This document shows, piece after piece, positions 1-10,185 of a stretch of 15,557 nucleotides of DNA. The stretch lies in contig JBLIRP010000087.1 of the NCBI GenBank assembly GCA_049472355.1, positions 1-15,557 on the forward strand, in the 5' to 3' direction. The notes under the pieces were generated by a model. It saw only the letters and a list, made by a program, of their open reading frames with translations. It did no database searches and was not told where the DNA came from. The DNA comes from a bacterium (lineage in GTDB: Bacteria > SZUA-182 > DTGQ01 > JAFGSM01). Every line of letters begins with the position of its first letter. The first letter of the stretch is position 1. Made by a program: the position numbers and the translations under genes.

Positions 1-1876
1 AATGCTTGCTTTTCCCCTGTTGTTTCACCGAGAGGATCGGCAGGTATATCTTGAAGGTTGAGCCCTGTCCCATCTCGCTGTAAACGTTGATGAATCCGTC
101 GTGCTGCTTGACGATCCCGTACACCGTGGAAAGACCAAGCCCCGTCCCCTCCCCCGGTCCCTTGGTGCTGAAAAAGGGCTCGAAGATCTGGCTCAGGGTT
201 GCCTTGTCCATTCCCACCCCGGTGTCCTCAAAGGTGAGGCATATGAATCCGCCCGGACGGCTCTCCGGAATGAGCCGGCATTGTTCCTCGTCCAGGATCA
301 CATTCTCCGTCTTGATGGTCAGCCTTCCCCCCTTGGGCATGGCATCGCGGGCATTGACCGCCAGGTTGATGACGATCTGCACGATCTGGCCGGGATCGGC
401 CTTCACGCGTCCGAGTGCCGGGCCGTGGATGACCACCAGTTCGATATCCTCCCCGATGAGACGCCTCAGCATCTTCTCGGTTTCGCTCACCACGGCATCC
501 AGGTCAAGCACCTTGGGCTGGAGCATCTGTCTTCTGCTGAACGCGAGCAACTGCCGCGTCAGGGCCGTTGCCCGCTCACCTGCCTTGTAAATCTCCTCCA
601 GATCGTTCCGTATCGGATCATGCTTGTCGAGTTCGTCCAGGAGCAGGTCGCTGTTCCCGGTAATGATCGTGAGAAGGTTGTTGAAGTCATGGGCAATGCC
701 TCCGGCGAGCCTTCCGATCGCCTCCATCTTCTGGGCCTGCAGGAACCGCTCCTCGCTCTTCATGAGGGCCTGCTCCGTGTGCTTGCGCTCGGTGATGTCG
801 TAGAGCACCCCCTGGATCAGGATGGGCCTTCCCTCCTCATCGCAGATATTTTGAATAATCTCCTCCATCCAACGTATCTCTCCATCCCTGCACAGGATCC
901 GGTATTCCCTCTCCACCGAGTAATTGGGGACCCTCCTGAGTTTCCTGGAGATCTCGTAGATCTTGGGGAGATCATCCCTGTGGACGATCTGATCCCAGCG
1001 CGGGCTTTCGGCGATGAAATCGTCCTCGGTGTATCCGGTAATCGCCTCCACCGCCCCATGGAAAAAGATCGGTTTGAAGTCGATATTCGCCTGAAAGAGG
1101 ATGCCCTTGAAATTCTTCGCAAAGGACCGGTAGCGCTCTTCACTCTCTCGCAGCGCCTCCTCGGCGAGCTTGCGGTCGGTGATGTCCTTCAGGTCCTCGA
1201 CAATCCCGACTATTTCGCTATTCGGACCCCGCAGGGGGGTGGCGGTGAGAATGCAAAAGATCTTGGAGCCGTCGGTCATTACCTTCTCAATGTCGCATTC
1301 CACCCGCTCCTCACCCTCCAGGACCCTTTTCAGGGTACACCCGTCGGAATGACAGAGGGGACCACGAAACACCTCATAGCATTTCTTTCCCACCACTTCA
1401 TCGCGTGATATCCCCAGCATGCTCAAAAAACTGTCATTGAACTGGAGCATATTGTAATTTCTGTCGATCACGCGCAGACCGTTACCGGTGGTGCGGAATA
1501 TCTGGTCGATCTTTTCATACGCGAGCCTCGCCTCCTCCTCGGCCACTTCGTTCTTCTCCCTGAGTTCCACCACCAGAATGGCCACCACGACGAACATGAT
1601 GGACCGCAGGATATCGTGGGTATCCACCATGCGCCATTCATAAAACGCATGGCTAAAGAGCAGGTTACCCGCCAGGAAGAGGGAAATGAGGATCCCTTTC
1701 CGCTTCCACCATATGCAGGCGAGAATAATGGGGACATAAAAGAAGTGGGTGAACATCACGGAGGTGTGAAAGACAAGGTGAAAATAGTAGGTCGAGACCA
1801 TTGACACCCCGACAAGAAGACTCATTATGATAATCTTGATCTTTTCCTCCCGCTTATTGAAAATTAACCCGATCAT
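1..1876 (-). CDS. Membrane-anchored PAS-PAS sensor histidine kinase (CckA/NtrB-like core, possibly hybrid); 3' end outside the window
   Basis: Translated by hand; not in the ORF track because it has no stop in the window. Frame is open from ATG 1984; ATG 1876 is preferred because AGGAG lies 6 nt upstream. Hydrophobic N-terminus (IIIMSLLVGVSMVSTYYFH...FTHFFYVPIILACIWWKRKG...IMFVVVAILVVEL), two PAS/PAC domains ending DITDRK and DITERK, H-box QKMEAIGRLAGGIAHDFNNLL, HATPase IFEPFFSTKGPGEGTGLGLSTVYGIVKQHDG...GSTFKIYLP. A receiver domain would lie beyond the window edge. Confidence 0.93.
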   Translation of the reverse strand, partial: MIGLIFNKREEKIKIIIMSLLVGVSMVSTYYFHLVFHTSVMFTHFFYVPIILACIWWKRKGILISLFLAGNLLFSHAFYEWRMVDTHDILRSIMFVVVAILVVELREKNEVAEEEARLAYEKIDQIFRTTGNGLRVIDRNYNMLQFNDSFLSMLGISRDEVVGKKCYEVFRGPLCHSDGCTLKRVLEGEERVECDIEKVMTDGSKIFCILTATPLRGPNSEIVGIVEDLKDITDRKLAEEALRESEERYRSFAKNFKGILFQANIDFKPIFFHGAVEAITGYTEDDFIAESPRWDQIVHRDDLPKIYEISRKLRRVPNYSVEREYRILCRDGEIRWMEEIIQNICDEEGRPILIQGVLYDITERKHTEQALMKSEERFLQAQKMEAIGRLAGGIAHDFNNLLTIITGNSDLLLDELDKHDPIRNDLEEIYKAGERATALTRQLLAFSRRQMLQPKVLDLDAVVSETEKMLRRLIGEDIELVVIHGPALGRVKADPGQIVQIVINLAVNARDAMPKGGRLTIKTENVILDEEQCRLIPESRPGGFICLTFEDTGVGMDKATLSQIFEPFFSTKGPGEGTGLGLSTVYGIVKQHDGFINVYSEMGQGSTFKIYLPILSVKQQGKSKH

Positions 1877-2153
1877 CTCGTGCTCCTGAAGGAACCTGTT
1901 ATAAAAACCCCGCAATCGATTCAGAACCCGTGGTCCATTTTCTATACCCGAATCATGGATAACTTTTTGATTCCATGATGACATCAGTCATCCCGGCGCT
2001 ATTATAATTATATTTAATTTCTAATAATTATGCAATTTTTTAAATTCTAACCATTATATATTTTTTTAGGTAGCCACCATGATCCCTCGATCACTACGAA
2101 GGATGAAAATTCTTAAGAATGATTGATGCGTTGATAACGTTAATTCCAAAGCT

Positions 2154-2174
2154 AAAACCCCGGCTATGCCGGGG
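2154..2174 (-). terminator. Possible intrinsic terminator (the IS left-end hairpin) between the pyr genes and the kinase gene
   Basis: Minus strand reads CCCCGGC-ATA-GCCGGGG-TTTT: a 7-bp GC stem with a short U tract. The IS200 left-end hairpin is known to act as a terminator. Confidence 0.45.
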
Positions 2175-2268
2175 AGAATTGCAAAAGCTATGGTGCAAAA
2201 TAAAAGCTCCTTTCTTAAGATAACGGCTGGAATGTTTCTGTGGCCGTTCATTAGGAAAGGAGCCTTGA

Positions 2269-2310
2269 ATGTGACAGAATTTATCACATTCCGTTTGGGA
2301 ATGTAAATAC
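2269..2310 (+). pseudogene. tnpA: IS200-family Y1 transposase N-terminal fragment (stop at codon 2; similarity ends after CKY)
   Basis: ATG TGA CAG AAT TTA TCA CAT TCC GTT TGG GAA TGT AAA TAC = M*QNLSHSVWECKY; SD AGGAG (2258-2262) 6 nt upstream. Downstream codons (DGAALAIIF...) no longer resemble TnpA. Confidence 0.7.
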
Positions 2311-2795
2311 GATGGGGCTGCTTTGGCCATCATCTTCCTCCAATCCTCTTTTTGCTGAAATGAAGTCTCCCTACCCCATGGAGCAGGGTATTCCCTGCGC
2401 GGCAATAAAACCCTCTCTCATCATACACTATTACTTATAGTATACAGCGCATCCCCTTGCATCAACAATCCTATTTGGCAACTGCTCAATATTCGATCTA
2501 CTTCATCGTCATGGTGAAGACGATGTCCCAGTCCGAAGGGGTGAATTCTTTGCGAGCTGGCTGCAGCGGACAAGGTATATCCTGGCAGGATGTTCATTGG
2601 GCTTACGCTCCAGGACCTTTCGGAATGAAGCCAGGGAGGGATTGAACCAGAAATATTATGAACGGATTGAAAAAAGGTCAGAAGCCGGGCATGACCGTGT
2701 AACCGGATCCATTTCCATACACCGATTGAAATTGAATCGCAAGGGTGCACGGGTATCAGCATGGTTTGAAACGATTGCCGTGATGGCTCGGATGC

Positions 2796-4079
2796 TCACA
2801 CTTCCCGAAAGACGATACGTCCGCTGCAAACGGTCATCACGGGACATCCTGTGAGATGCCGGCCGTGGAAGGGGCAATTTCTCGCCTTTGACCGGAAGGA
2901 ATGCACATCAACGACCCATTCCCTTTCGGGATCGATCACCGTGAGATCGGCGATTGTGCCTGATATGAGCCCGCTGCGATCAAGGTGCAGGATCCGGGCG
3001 GGATTGGTGCTCATGGCGGAGACGATGCGGCTAAGGTCCAGGAAACCCCGGTGGAAGAGGTTCGTAAGGACCAGGGGCAATGCGGTTTCAAGGCCGATGA
3101 TCCCGAAAGGGGCATAGCTGTATTCCAGTTCCTTTTCTGCGAGGGTGTGGGGGGCATGGTCCGATGCAATGACATCGATGGTCCCGTCCCGCAATCCCTC
3201 GATGAGGGCATCCTGGTCCGCCTTGGTGCGAAGCGGCGGATTCACCTTGGTGTTCGTATCGAATCCGGTGACCGCCTCCTCGGTCAGAAAGAGGTGGTGG
3301 GGGGTAACCTCGGCGGTGACGGGTATCCCCTCCTGCTTGGCCATCCGGATGAGACGGACGCTTCCCGCGGTGCTCGCGTGCGCTATATGGACGGGTCGTC
3401 CGGTGCGCCGTGCAAGGCAGATCTCCCGGGCCACCATAACCTCCTCGGCCTCGGAGGGGATTCCGGGCAAGCCGAGGCGGGTCGAGATCCTCCCCTCGTT
3501 CATGACGCCGTCACCCGCCATGTCCAGGTCCTCGCAGTGGGATATGACGAGCAGGTCGAACATGCCGGCATATTCAAGGGCGCGCCGCATCAAGTCGGCA
3601 TTCCGGACCGGCCTGCCGTCATCGGAAAGGGCGACCACCCCCGCATCCTTCAATTCCCCGATATCCGAGAGGTCCTCCCCCTTGAGCCCCTTGCTGATCG
3701 ATCCCACAGGCAAAACCCGGACCGAATTGCATTCCCGGGCCTTTCCGAGGATGTATTCGGTCACGGATGCATTGTCGTTCACCGGGGTGGTGTTCGGCAT
3801 GCAGGCGATCGCCGTAAAACCGCCTGCAGCAGCAGCAGCGATACCGGTCCGGATCGTCTCCTTGTCCTCCCGGCCCGGCTCCCTCAGGTGGGTGTGCATG
3901 TCCACCAAGCCCGGGCAGATGACGAGCCCGGTGCAATCGATGACCTCCGCCCCCTCCGGAGGGGTGATGCTTCGTTCAATGGAGGCGATCCGTTCACCCT
4001 CCACGAGGATGTCCATGACGGCATCCACGCCGTGAACAGGATCAATTATGCGTCCACCGTTGAAGAGTATCCCCTTCAT
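2796..4079 (-). CDS. pyrC: Dihydroorotase (long type I, ATCase-associated class)
   Basis: 427 aa; DMHTHLREPG, CMPNT, SDDG, HCED, HIAHAS, KVNPPLR, SDHAPH. Metal-binding and catalytic residues are present, so this is not the inactive PyrC' type. TAATG overlap with pyrB. Confidence 0.96.
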   Translation of the reverse strand: MKGILFNGGRIIDPVHGVDAVMDILVEGERIASIERSITPPEGAEVIDCTGLVICPGLVDMHTHLREPGREDKETIRTGIAAAAAGGFTAIACMPNTTPVNDNASVTEYILGKARECNSVRVLPVGSISKGLKGEDLSDIGELKDAGVVALSDDGRPVRNADLMRRALEYAGMFDLLVISHCEDLDMAGDGVMNEGRISTRLGLPGIPSEAEEVMVAREICLARRTGRPVHIAHASTAGSVRLIRMAKQEGIPVTAEVTPHHLFLTEEAVTGFDTNTKVNPPLRTKADQDALIEGLRDGTIDVIASDHAPHTLAEKELEYSYAPFGIIGLETALPLVLTNLFHRGFLDLSRIVSAMSTNPARILHLDRSGLISGTIADLTVIDPEREWVVDVHSFRSKARNCPFHGRHLTGCPVMTVCSGRIVFREV

Positions 4080-5020
4080 TATTTTTCTCCCAGAAGCAGA
4101 TACAAAAGGGCCATTCTGACCGCAATACCATTGGTCACCTGATCAAGGATGACCGAATGCGGCCCGTCGGCAACCTCCGGGTCGATCTCCACCCCCCTGT
4201 TGATGGGGCCCGGATGCATGATCAGGCAATCCCCCGACACCCCCTGCAGCCTTTCCTTGGTCAGGCAAAACAGGCGCGCATATTCCCTGATCGAGGGAAA
4301 CAGGTTCCTCTTTTCCCGCTCCTTCTGTATGCGCAGCATCATGATGACATCCCGGTCCCGGATACCCTCCTCAAAATCGGAGCAGACATCCACCCCCATC
4401 TCCTCGATAAAGGGGGGGATGAGCGTGGGCGGCCCGATGACCCTCACCTGGGCGCCCATGGCGGTGAGGCCGAAGATATTCGACCGCGCCACCCTGCTGT
4501 GGGTCAGGTCGCCCACGATGGCGACCTTGAGCCCCTCCACCCTCCCCTTCTTCTCCCTGATGGTGTAGATATCGAGCAGCGCCTGGGTGGGGTGCTCGTG
4601 GGACCCGTCACCCGCATTGATCACCGAGAACCGGCACATCCTGGCGAGCATGTGCGGCGCACCCGCAGCGGAATGGCGGATGACGATGATATCGGGGTTC
4701 ATGGCCTCCAGGTTCTTTGCCATGTCCATGAGACTCTCGCCCTTGACCAGGCTGCTCCCCTGGGCGGATATACTGATGGTGTCGGCGCTGAGACGCTTGC
4801 CCGCGATCTCGAAGGAGGTCCTGGTGCGGGTGCTGGGCTCCAGGAAGAGATTGATGACGGTTCTCCCGCGCAGGGTGGGCACCTTCTTGATGTCCCTGGT
4901 AAGGACCTCCTTGAATGCGTCCGCCGTGGTGAGGATGAGTTCGATCTCTTCCCTGGTCAGATCCTCGATCCCCAGCAGATCCTTGCGGTTGAATTTTCCT
5001 TCCTGGGATACCACCATCAT
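4079..5020 (-). CDS. pyrB: Aspartate carbamoyltransferase catalytic subunit
   Basis: 313 aa; [64 protein letters not shown]. Confidence 0.98.
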   Translation of the reverse strand: MMVVSQEGKFNRKDLLGIEDLTREEIELILTTADAFKEVLTRDIKKVPTLRGRTVINLFLEPSTRTRTSFEIAGKRLSADTISISAQGSSLVKGESLMDMAKNLEAMNPDIIVIRHSAAGAPHMLARMCRFSVINAGDGSHEHPTQALLDIYTIREKKGRVEGLKVAIVGDLTHSRVARSNIFGLTAMGAQVRVIGPPTLIPPFIEEMGVDVCSDFEEGIRDRDVIMMLRIQKEREKRNLFPSIREYARLFCLTKERLQGVSGDCLIMHPGPINRGVEIDPEVADGPHSVILDQVTNGIAVRMALLYLLLGEK

Positions 5021-5590
5021 CTACCAGGTAACCCTTTCCGGATAGGGGAGGATGAAGACACTGTCCTTCTCCCCTTCCTCGGCGAGCCGCACCTGAACCG
5101 ACTCGTCCCTTGATGTCTCAAGCCGCTTTCCCACATACTCGGGTTGAATGGGAAGCTCCCGGTGTCCCCGGTCAACCAGTACGGCAAGCCTGATGCACTG
5201 GGGACGACCGAAATCCATCAACGCGTCGAGTGCCGCCCGAATGGTACGTCCGGTATAGAGCACGTCGTCCACCAGGATCACCCGCTGGTCCGTAAGATCG
5301 AAGGGTATCTCCGTTTTCTTCATCACCGGCTTGGGTCCCGAGGTCAGGACGTCATCCCGGTAAAAGGTGGTATCGATGAAACCGATGGGCATTCTGTACC
5401 CGCTCAGGGATTCGATCTCCCCGACCAGGCGCCTGGTCAGGTCCGCCCCCCGCGTCCTTATGCCCACCATCACCACCCCTTCCAGGGGGGAGAAATCCGC
5501 CACGATCTGGCCCGCCATCTTGCGGACTGCGCCCCTGATCTGGGTCTCGTTCATGATCTGTGTGGCATTGCGCTCCATGTTCCGCCCCAC
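5021..5590 (-). CDS. pyrR: PyrR-family protein (pyr regulator / uracil phosphoribosyltransferase)
   Basis: GIRTRG, YRDD, PRPP loop VILVDDVLYTGRTIRAAL, LVDRGHRELPI, YVGK; directly upstream of pyrB. The start may be ATG 5578 rather than GTG 5590. Confidence 0.95.
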   Translation of the reverse strand: MGRNMERNATQIMNETQIRGAVRKMAGQIVADFSPLEGVVMVGIRTRGADLTRRLVGEIESLSGYRMPIGFIDTTFYRDDVLTSGPKPVMKKTEIPFDLTDQRVILVDDVLYTGRTIRAALDALMDFGRPQCIRLAVLVDRGHRELPIQPEYVGKRLETSRDESVQVRLAEEGEKDSVFILPYPERVTW

Positions 5591-5594
5591 TACC

Positions 5595-6524
5595 TCACCG
5601 TTTCCCGATCCTGCCCCGGAAATACTCGACCGTCAGGGCAAGCCCCGCCTTGAGTGACATCTCCGGTCTCCATCCCATACGATCAAACGCCAACCGGGGT
5701 GCAATCACGCTGCGCTGCTGCTCCCCCATCTTCGCCGGCCCGTGTACCTCCCCCATGTCACTGCCGGTCAGGTCCTTGAGCAGGTTAAAGATTGCGTTGA
5801 TGGAGGTCTCCTGCCCGGTGCCGATATTGATGCAATGACTTCCCTCCAGGTCCAGGGCCATTACATTCGCCCTGGCCACGTCACCGACGTAGAGAAAGTC
5901 CCTGGTCTGTTCGCCGTCACCATTGATGACCGGCTGCTTCCCCTCCAGGAACCGCTCCGTAAAAATCGCCACCACCCCCGCCTCCCCGAAGGGGTCCTGC
6001 CGGGGGCCATAGATGTTTGAATACCTGAGGATGGAATAGTCGAGGCCGAAGATCTGATGGTAGTAGTCAAGGTATTTCTCGAAGGAGAGCTTTGCCACGC
6101 CGTACGGGCACAGCGGCCGGGTGGGGTGTGATTCGGTTGCGGGGAATTCCACCTGCTCCCCATAGATGGCGCCGCCGGTGGAGGAAAAGATGAACCGCCT
6201 CACCCCGAACTCCTTGGCATAGCCGACGAGCCTGATCCCGCCGATGATGTTTATCTCCGCATCGAGCACCGGGTCATCCACGGAAATCCGGACACTCACC
6301 TGGGCAGCGTGATGACAGATCACTTCGGGCCGTTCCTCCGCCACCACATCCTTCATCCGCTGATCCCGGATGTCGAGGTGATGAAACCGGGCCCGCTCGG
6401 GGAGGTTCTCCCGCCTGCCCGAGGAGAGGTTGTCCACGATCACCACCTCGTGGCCTGCCCGCAAAAATGCATCCGCGCAATGCGAGCCGATGAATCCCGC
6501 CCCCCCGGTCACCAGAATCCTCAT
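5595..6524 (-). CDS. NAD-dependent nucleotide-sugar epimerase/dehydratase (UDP-glucose 4-epimerase-like extended SDR)
   Basis: 309 aa; VTGGAGFIGSH, HHAAQVSV, SSTGGAIYG, catalytic YGVAK, RYSNIYGPRQ, TRDFLYVGD. Exact substrate cannot be assigned from sequence. Confidence 0.9.
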   Translation of the reverse strand: MRILVTGGAGFIGSHCADAFLRAGHEVVIVDNLSSGRRENLPERARFHHLDIRDQRMKDVVAEERPEVICHHAAQVSVRISVDDPVLDAEINIIGGIRLVGYAKEFGVRRFIFSSTGGAIYGEQVEFPATESHPTRPLCPYGVAKLSFEKYLDYYHQIFGLDYSILRYSNIYGPRQDPFGEAGVVAIFTERFLEGKQPVINGDGEQTRDFLYVGDVARANVMALDLEGSHCINIGTGQETSINAIFNLLKDLTGSDMGEVHGPAKMGEQQRSVIAPRLAFDRMGWRPEMSLKAGLALTVEYFRGRIGKR

Positions 6525-6545
6525 GTCAGGTGTTCCCTCCCACTG

Positions 6546-7475
6546 TCATAGTCTCTTTTTATACCACTCGATGGTCGTCTTGAGCCCTGCCTTCATCTCG
6601 ACCTTCGGATCCCAGTTGAGCCTTTCCTTGGCCTTGGTGATATCAGGCTGCCGCACCTTGGGATCATCAACCGGAAGCGGGAGAAAGGTTATCTCGCTCT
6701 TCGCACGGGTGATATCCTTTAAAAGAAAGGCAAATTCAAGGATTGTCATTTCTGTCGGGTTCCCCAGATTGACGGGTGTCACACAATCGGACATAAGGAG
6801 CCGATAAATCCCCTCCACCAGGTCATTAACAAAGCAGAAGCTCCGTGTCTGCTTTCCGTCGCCGAAAACCGTGAGGGGTTCACCCTTCAACGCCTGGGAG
6901 ATCATGGTCGGCACCACTCGTCCATCCTTCAGGCGCATGCGAGGACCGTAGGTGTTGAAGATCCTGGCGATCCTCGTATCGACCCCGTGAAAGCGATGGT
7001 AGGCCATGGTGAGGGCCTCGGCAAAACGCTTCGCCTCGTCGTAGACGCCCCGGGGGCCGACGGGATTGACATTTCCCCAATAGTCCTCGGGTTGGGGGTG
7101 GATGAGGGGATCTCCATACACCTCGGAGGTGGAGGCAAGAAGAAAACGGGCCCCTTTTTCCTTGGCAAGCCCCAGGGCCTTGTGGGTGCCGAGGGAGCCC
7201 ACCTTGAGGGTCTGAATGGGAAGTTCCTGATAATCGATAGGGCTTGCAGGACTGGCAAAGTGCAGGATATAGTCGACCGGTCCGTCGATATAGATATAGT
7301 TGGTTACATCCTGCTTGATGAACAAAAAGTGTTCCGATCGAATGTGGTCGATATTTGCGATAGTGCCTGTAATGAGGTTATCCATGCAGATGACCTCATG
7401 TCCCCGTGCCAGAAACAGGTCACACAGATGCGACCCCAGGAACCCGGCACCTCCTGTAATCAAAACGCGCGCCAT
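6546..7475 (-). CDS. UDP-glucuronic acid decarboxylase (UDP-xylose synthase, UXS1-like SDR)
   Basis: 309 aa; [66 protein letters not shown], all typical of the UXS family. Confidence 0.9.
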   Translation of the reverse strand: MARVLITGGAGFLGSHLCDLFLARGHEVICMDNLITGTIANIDHIRSEHFLFIKQDVTNYIYIDGPVDYILHFASPASPIDYQELPIQTLKVGSLGTHKALGLAKEKGARFLLASTSEVYGDPLIHPQPEDYWGNVNPVGPRGVYDEAKRFAEALTMAYHRFHGVDTRIARIFNTYGPRMRLKDGRVVPTMISQALKGEPLTVFGDGKQTRSFCFVNDLVEGIYRLLMSDCVTPVNLGNPTEMTILEFAFLLKDITRAKSEITFLPLPVDDPKVRQPDITKAKERLNWDPKVEMKAGLKTTIEWYKKRL

Positions 7476-7478
7476 CGC

Positions 7479-9315
<1,837 letters not shown>

Positions 9316-9421
9316 ACCACATTATCTGGGCTCTTCTTTAAAAATTTTTATGCTACTTTTCAGGCAATTATTTGTTTTGATAAAATTTAAGCCTTCGTTG
9401 TGATCGAAGAACCATGGCTGT

Positions 9422-9463
9422 ACTGTCTATTGGTTATACTGTCTATTAGCCGGACTGTGCATT
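9422..9463. repeat. Triple direct repeat ACTGTCTATT with 16-bp period
   Basis: ACTGTCTATT at 9422-9431 and 9438-9447; ACTGTGCATT at 9454-9463; followed by ATATATA. Confidence 0.7.
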
Positions 9464-9786
9464 ATATATAAGAATATGGGATTCCGTGATACGAAACGGA
9501 TGCAAGAATGCACATTATCACATATCGTCACGACTTTCAAATACCCGCAAGGGTTTTCTCCCCATTCCCCTGACCAAATTGCGGTGATTCGAACGTATGC
9601 CTCCATTGTCTATTGTCCATGGAGCGATGTCATTTCGATGAGGCGGCAACGGCCCTTTGCGGCATTATCGGTTCCAAGGACGACCATAATGCTGTTATTC
9701 GCCTGTAAGCAATTAAATTAAAAATCTATTTATCAAATAAGTTATTTTTTATCGAAAAAGCGTACTCTTTCAATTTCTTAATGAGA

Positions 9787-9986
9787 GTTTCCACAAAACA
9801 TGTGGATAACCAGTGGATAACCCTGGCGGACTCATCCCCGCCCGCTTTAAACACAGGGGGGACACCATATTGCTCACAAGATGGTCAATGTTTATAATAT
9901 TCTTTTATACAGATAGTTAGCATAACCTTGCCCTTCTGTTCCAGACATGGTCCCGTGTTTTCATCGCACCAGGAAAGTTATCCACA
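9787..9986. promoter_or_regulatory. DnaA-box cluster
   Basis: Perfect TGTGGATAA (9801-9809) and TTATCCACA (9978-9986). One mismatch to TTWTNCACA: GTTTCCACA (9787-9795), AGTGGATAA (9812-9820), TTAAACACA (9847-9855), TTATACAGA (9905-9913). Two mismatches: TTGCTCACA (9870-9878). Abuts a very AT-rich tract at ~9711-9782. Confidence 0.82.
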
Positions 9987-10155
9987 AATTTAAATGGGGC
10001 AAAGGGAGCGCAGGCCTTATTTTATGACTTCTTATATGAATATCACCACAAGGAGTGCCCGGGAAAAAGATAAATGGATGGGAGAATAAGAAAGCTCACG
10101 AGAGAAAAAGAGAGAAAATGTGATCATTCACCCTTCTAAAGGGACGAAACATGCC

Positions 10156-10185
10156 TTGACAACACAATATATTGTGGAGTAGTAT
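10156..10185 (+). promoter_or_regulatory. Sigma70-type promoter of nrdD
   Basis: Perfect -35 TTGACA (10156-10161), 18-nt spacer, -10-like TAGTAT (10180-10185), about 120 nt upstream of nrdD. Confidence 0.7.
10162..10177. promoter_or_regulatory. NrdR box
   Basis: ACACAATATATTGTGG matches the NrdR consensus acaCwAtATaTwGtg, sits in the promoter spacer and lies upstream of an RNR gene. A second box near 10190-10212 (ACACTAC...ATGTAGTAT) is only degenerate. Confidence 0.88.

Larger units (their letters stand above)
2154..2310 (+). mobile_element. Decayed IS200/IS605-family (IS200-like) left end with truncated tnpA start
   Basis: Perfect hairpin CCCCGGC-TAT-GCCGGGG (2158-2174) preceded by AAAA; long stem-loop 2206-2263 (GCTCCTTTC/GAAAGGAGC) that buries the SD AGGAG; ATG at 2269 followed by M-*-QNLSHSVWECKY, which resembles the IS200 TnpA N-terminus (SLxHxxWxCKYH). 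The same order of parts is known for IS200/IS1541 left ends. Confidence 0.75.

Noticed and set aside
87..1804. ORFs 87..590, 101..1408, 1170..1352 and 1616..1804 (+) and off-frame minus ORFs
   Set aside because: Shadow ORFs of the GC-rich kinase gene, with no recognisable motifs.
2269..2274. Selenocysteine read-through of the TGA at codon 2 of the tnpA fragment (a hairpin follows at 2267-2291)
   Set aside because: The hairpin overlaps the codon rather than starting about 11 nt downstream, TnpA has no Cys/Sec at this position, and the gene is truncated anyway.
2530..2640. GGGGTGAAT, resembling part of the c-di-AMP (ydaO) riboswitch
   Set aside because: The other conserved blocks (GCTGAA, GGGGGAAC, AGCTAA) are missing and no + strand gene follows.
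2640..2772. Several ATTGAA/TTTGAAAC words resembling CRISPR repeat 3' ends
   Set aside because: Irregular spacing and no shared longer repeat.
2066..2877. Short ORFs between the kinase and pyrC (2066..2287, 2094..2405, 2421..2762, 2457..2645, 2597..2854, 2656..2877)
   Set aside because: They overlap each other, show no family motifs, and some cross the IS remnant.
9476..9721. 81-aa + strand ORF in the divergent intergenic region
   Set aside because: No SD and no motif; cannot be supported without a homology search.
9704..9920. IHF-like sites (TATCAAATAAGTTA at 9731-9744; ATACAGATAGTTA near 9907-9919)
   Set aside because: Each departs from WATCAANNNNTTR in spacing or at two or more positions, in AT-rich DNA where chance matches are common.
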